Shown here: positions 62,201 through 64,000 of the stretch, piece by piece
Layout of the letters: every line of letters starts with the position of its first letter
Numbering within the stretch: position 1 is the first letter of the stretch
Assembly: GCA_010909165.1 (NCBI GenBank)
Contig: MU008235.1
Span: forward strand, 1 to 64,000
Direction: 5' to 3'
Source of the DNA: Anthoceros angustus
Taxonomy: Eukaryota; Plantae; Anthocerotophyta
Length of the DNA stretch: 64,000 nt
The notes under the pieces: model-generated
Databases searched by the model: none
Told to the model about the DNA's origin: nothing
The model's input: only the letters and a program-made list of their open reading frames with translations
Position numbers and translations under genes: made by a program

Positions 62201-64000
62201 GGGGACAATCCGAGGTACCGCCAGATCCGTGGGCATTGAAGGCAGACAACCCAAGAAGAGGGACCCTTCCCAAAACAAGGCCGAGGCCCCTTGCGTGAAC
62301 ATGGTGGCCATGGTGACCAAGGTCCGGAGCTGAGATAGAAATCTCGGATGCGTTATCAAGAAGTACCTCTGGATTACGGGTGGGGTCAACATCATGACGG
62401 AGGACACAAGTTGGAGATAGAACACACATCCAAGGTCTGCGTCTTGCGGACATGTCCAGATGATGACCGGTGGGGGAGTTCTAACCCATATTGGTACCAT
62501 TCCGTACCTTATGGACTATGTGGTCATCAAACGTAAAGCTCGGATATGACGCTTTGATTGGCCGGACGTGGATGTATGGGGCGCTGCACCTTCAAGTGGG
62601 CAAGGAAGGAAGTGGGCTTCAAACCTGGACTGGGACCCCAAGGTTAAGGAAGGGAGGATATGTTTATCTTGGAGTCGAGATACGACGCAGGAGAGACGCC
62701 ACGGAAATGTATGGCTATACCTCTAGAAGACACATTTGGGGAGGAGGATGAGAAAGAGAAGTTCTGCTTGCCCACATTTCTTGGTCGGATGAAGAGCGGA
62801 CTATCAAGAGACATTCCCACTCCATCACTGGTGGGTTATGGAGTGACAGCTGATCGCACTGTGTGGAAGGTACTACCGCGTAGTGGAAGGTGGAACTTGT
62901 GGAAGGTGATGTTGGCTCCCGGCGAAGCGTTGTTCATGCGGCAGATGGAGGGGAAGGCGCGTAATCGGAAGACAAGTGATGGTGGTACGAAATGAGAAGG
63001 GAGATCCGGATACACCAGGCCTACTTATTCGTAAATATTTGAGTTCTGAATCGGCAGCATCCCTGGACCTTTCAAGGCAACAAGATGCCTCAAAGGCATT
63101 ATTCGAGTCCATTTGTCCGCCACAGAGAGCTTATAGGAGAGGGACCGACGGAAGAGAAAGGTTGTGGGTGGTACCGTGACTTGGACCTACCATATGACAA
63201 GATATATGCACTTTCCGTGCAAGCTTCACCTTCATGGATGGGGCCATATAAGTCCTTGAAGTTTTCAAATGGCTCCATACCCAACAAGCTAGACGGACCC
63301 TACCAACCAGGTCAATTGGAGAGTCAAGAAATATTATACGAGTTGGGGCGCCAACAAATGAGAAGGAGTATGTAAACGATCCGTATTGGAAACTCCTTGG
63401 ATTGTGTCTTTGAGTGATTTTTGTTTTTTTGTTAAGTTTGGTGTCAAGAAGAGCTAGGTTATGAGTAGGAAGGGATATTTATAGTAGAAAGTGTCCTTGG
63501 CCTATGAGTTTTGGGTTGTTTCGGGGTTAATCGGTCCTTGGACTATGAACTCGATACTCCTTGGCCTTTGGTCTTGGAATATTTAATAGAAAGTCTATAT
63601 ATTTGGAGGGGTCCCCATATTTGGCGGTCCGTAGGCTAGAGGTCGAACCAACCGGTAGTTGAGTGTGTGGTCGTGGGGGTGTCTGAGGACTATGTTTGAA
63701 GATGGTTGGCGGCGGGTGATCGTGGAAGGAAGGCGGTCGCGGAAGAAGTGGTAGCGGAAGCCGGTTGGCGGTCGTAGAGTTTAGAAATATAACCCTAAGG
63801 GAACTCGGAAGGCACGGCCAGGCGTGTAGCTCAGGCATCCACAGCAGAGCCTGAGCTCGCACCATAAAGGCAGCCACAGTGTGGCGTGAGCTCGCGATTC
63901 TGGAAGGAAGAAACCACAGGGGGCCAGTTGGAGATTAGGCGAGTTATCAGCAATTGTATGGTGAGGGTTTTCATGGCGCCCAAGGTTGCGGCAGAAATTT
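59206..64000 (+). mobile_element. Ty3/gypsy Tat/Athila-like LTR element (5' LTR 59206-59857, PBS at 59861), apparently lacking RT/RNase H; runs off the window
   Basis: LTR TG..CA followed by tggcgcc PBS; gag zinc knuckle CSTCGQQGHSKSNCP; protease remnants (VPLD..GVNIM, YDALIGRTWM); integrase tail WMGPY..FSNGS about 650 bp later. Confidence 0.82.

Overview
Eukaryotic nuclear DNA from a land plant. Short GT-AG introns, tight gene packing and a PLS-type PPR relic suggest a compact seed-free genome such as a hornwort or lycophyte; this is an inference. Gene islands alternate with transposon blocks. Host genes: PLS-PPR relic (1-1.2 kb), sphingolipid delta-4 desaturase (1.95-3.1 kb, -), a C2-domain protein with a long Pro/Tyr/Gly- and Lys/His/Glu-rich tail (-), a secreted thioredoxin-like/DUF179 protein (+), a small C2 protein (+), thylakoid-lumen FKBP13 (+), a conserved Lys/Arg/Ser-rich protein (-) and a VAP4-type MSP-domain protein (+). 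The 4-33 kb block is a nested TE region with two PIF/Harbinger transposase relics (one with a convergent Myb/SANT partner), a GC-rich MITE, a CACTA element and several Ty1/copia pieces. A near full-length chromovirus Ty3/gypsy at 47.3-52.5 kb has apparently non-canonical AG..CT LTR ends. The right end holds two tail-to-tail CRE-like non-LTR retrotransposon ends with restriction-like endonucleases (RLE), plus nested Tat/Athila-like LTR elements. Differences between repeat copies cluster at CAG/CTG sites, which looks like a CHG-methylation basecalling footprint, so many TE frameshifts may be artefacts. No rRNA, tRNA or CRISPR array was seen, and I found no clearly new multi-gene system.
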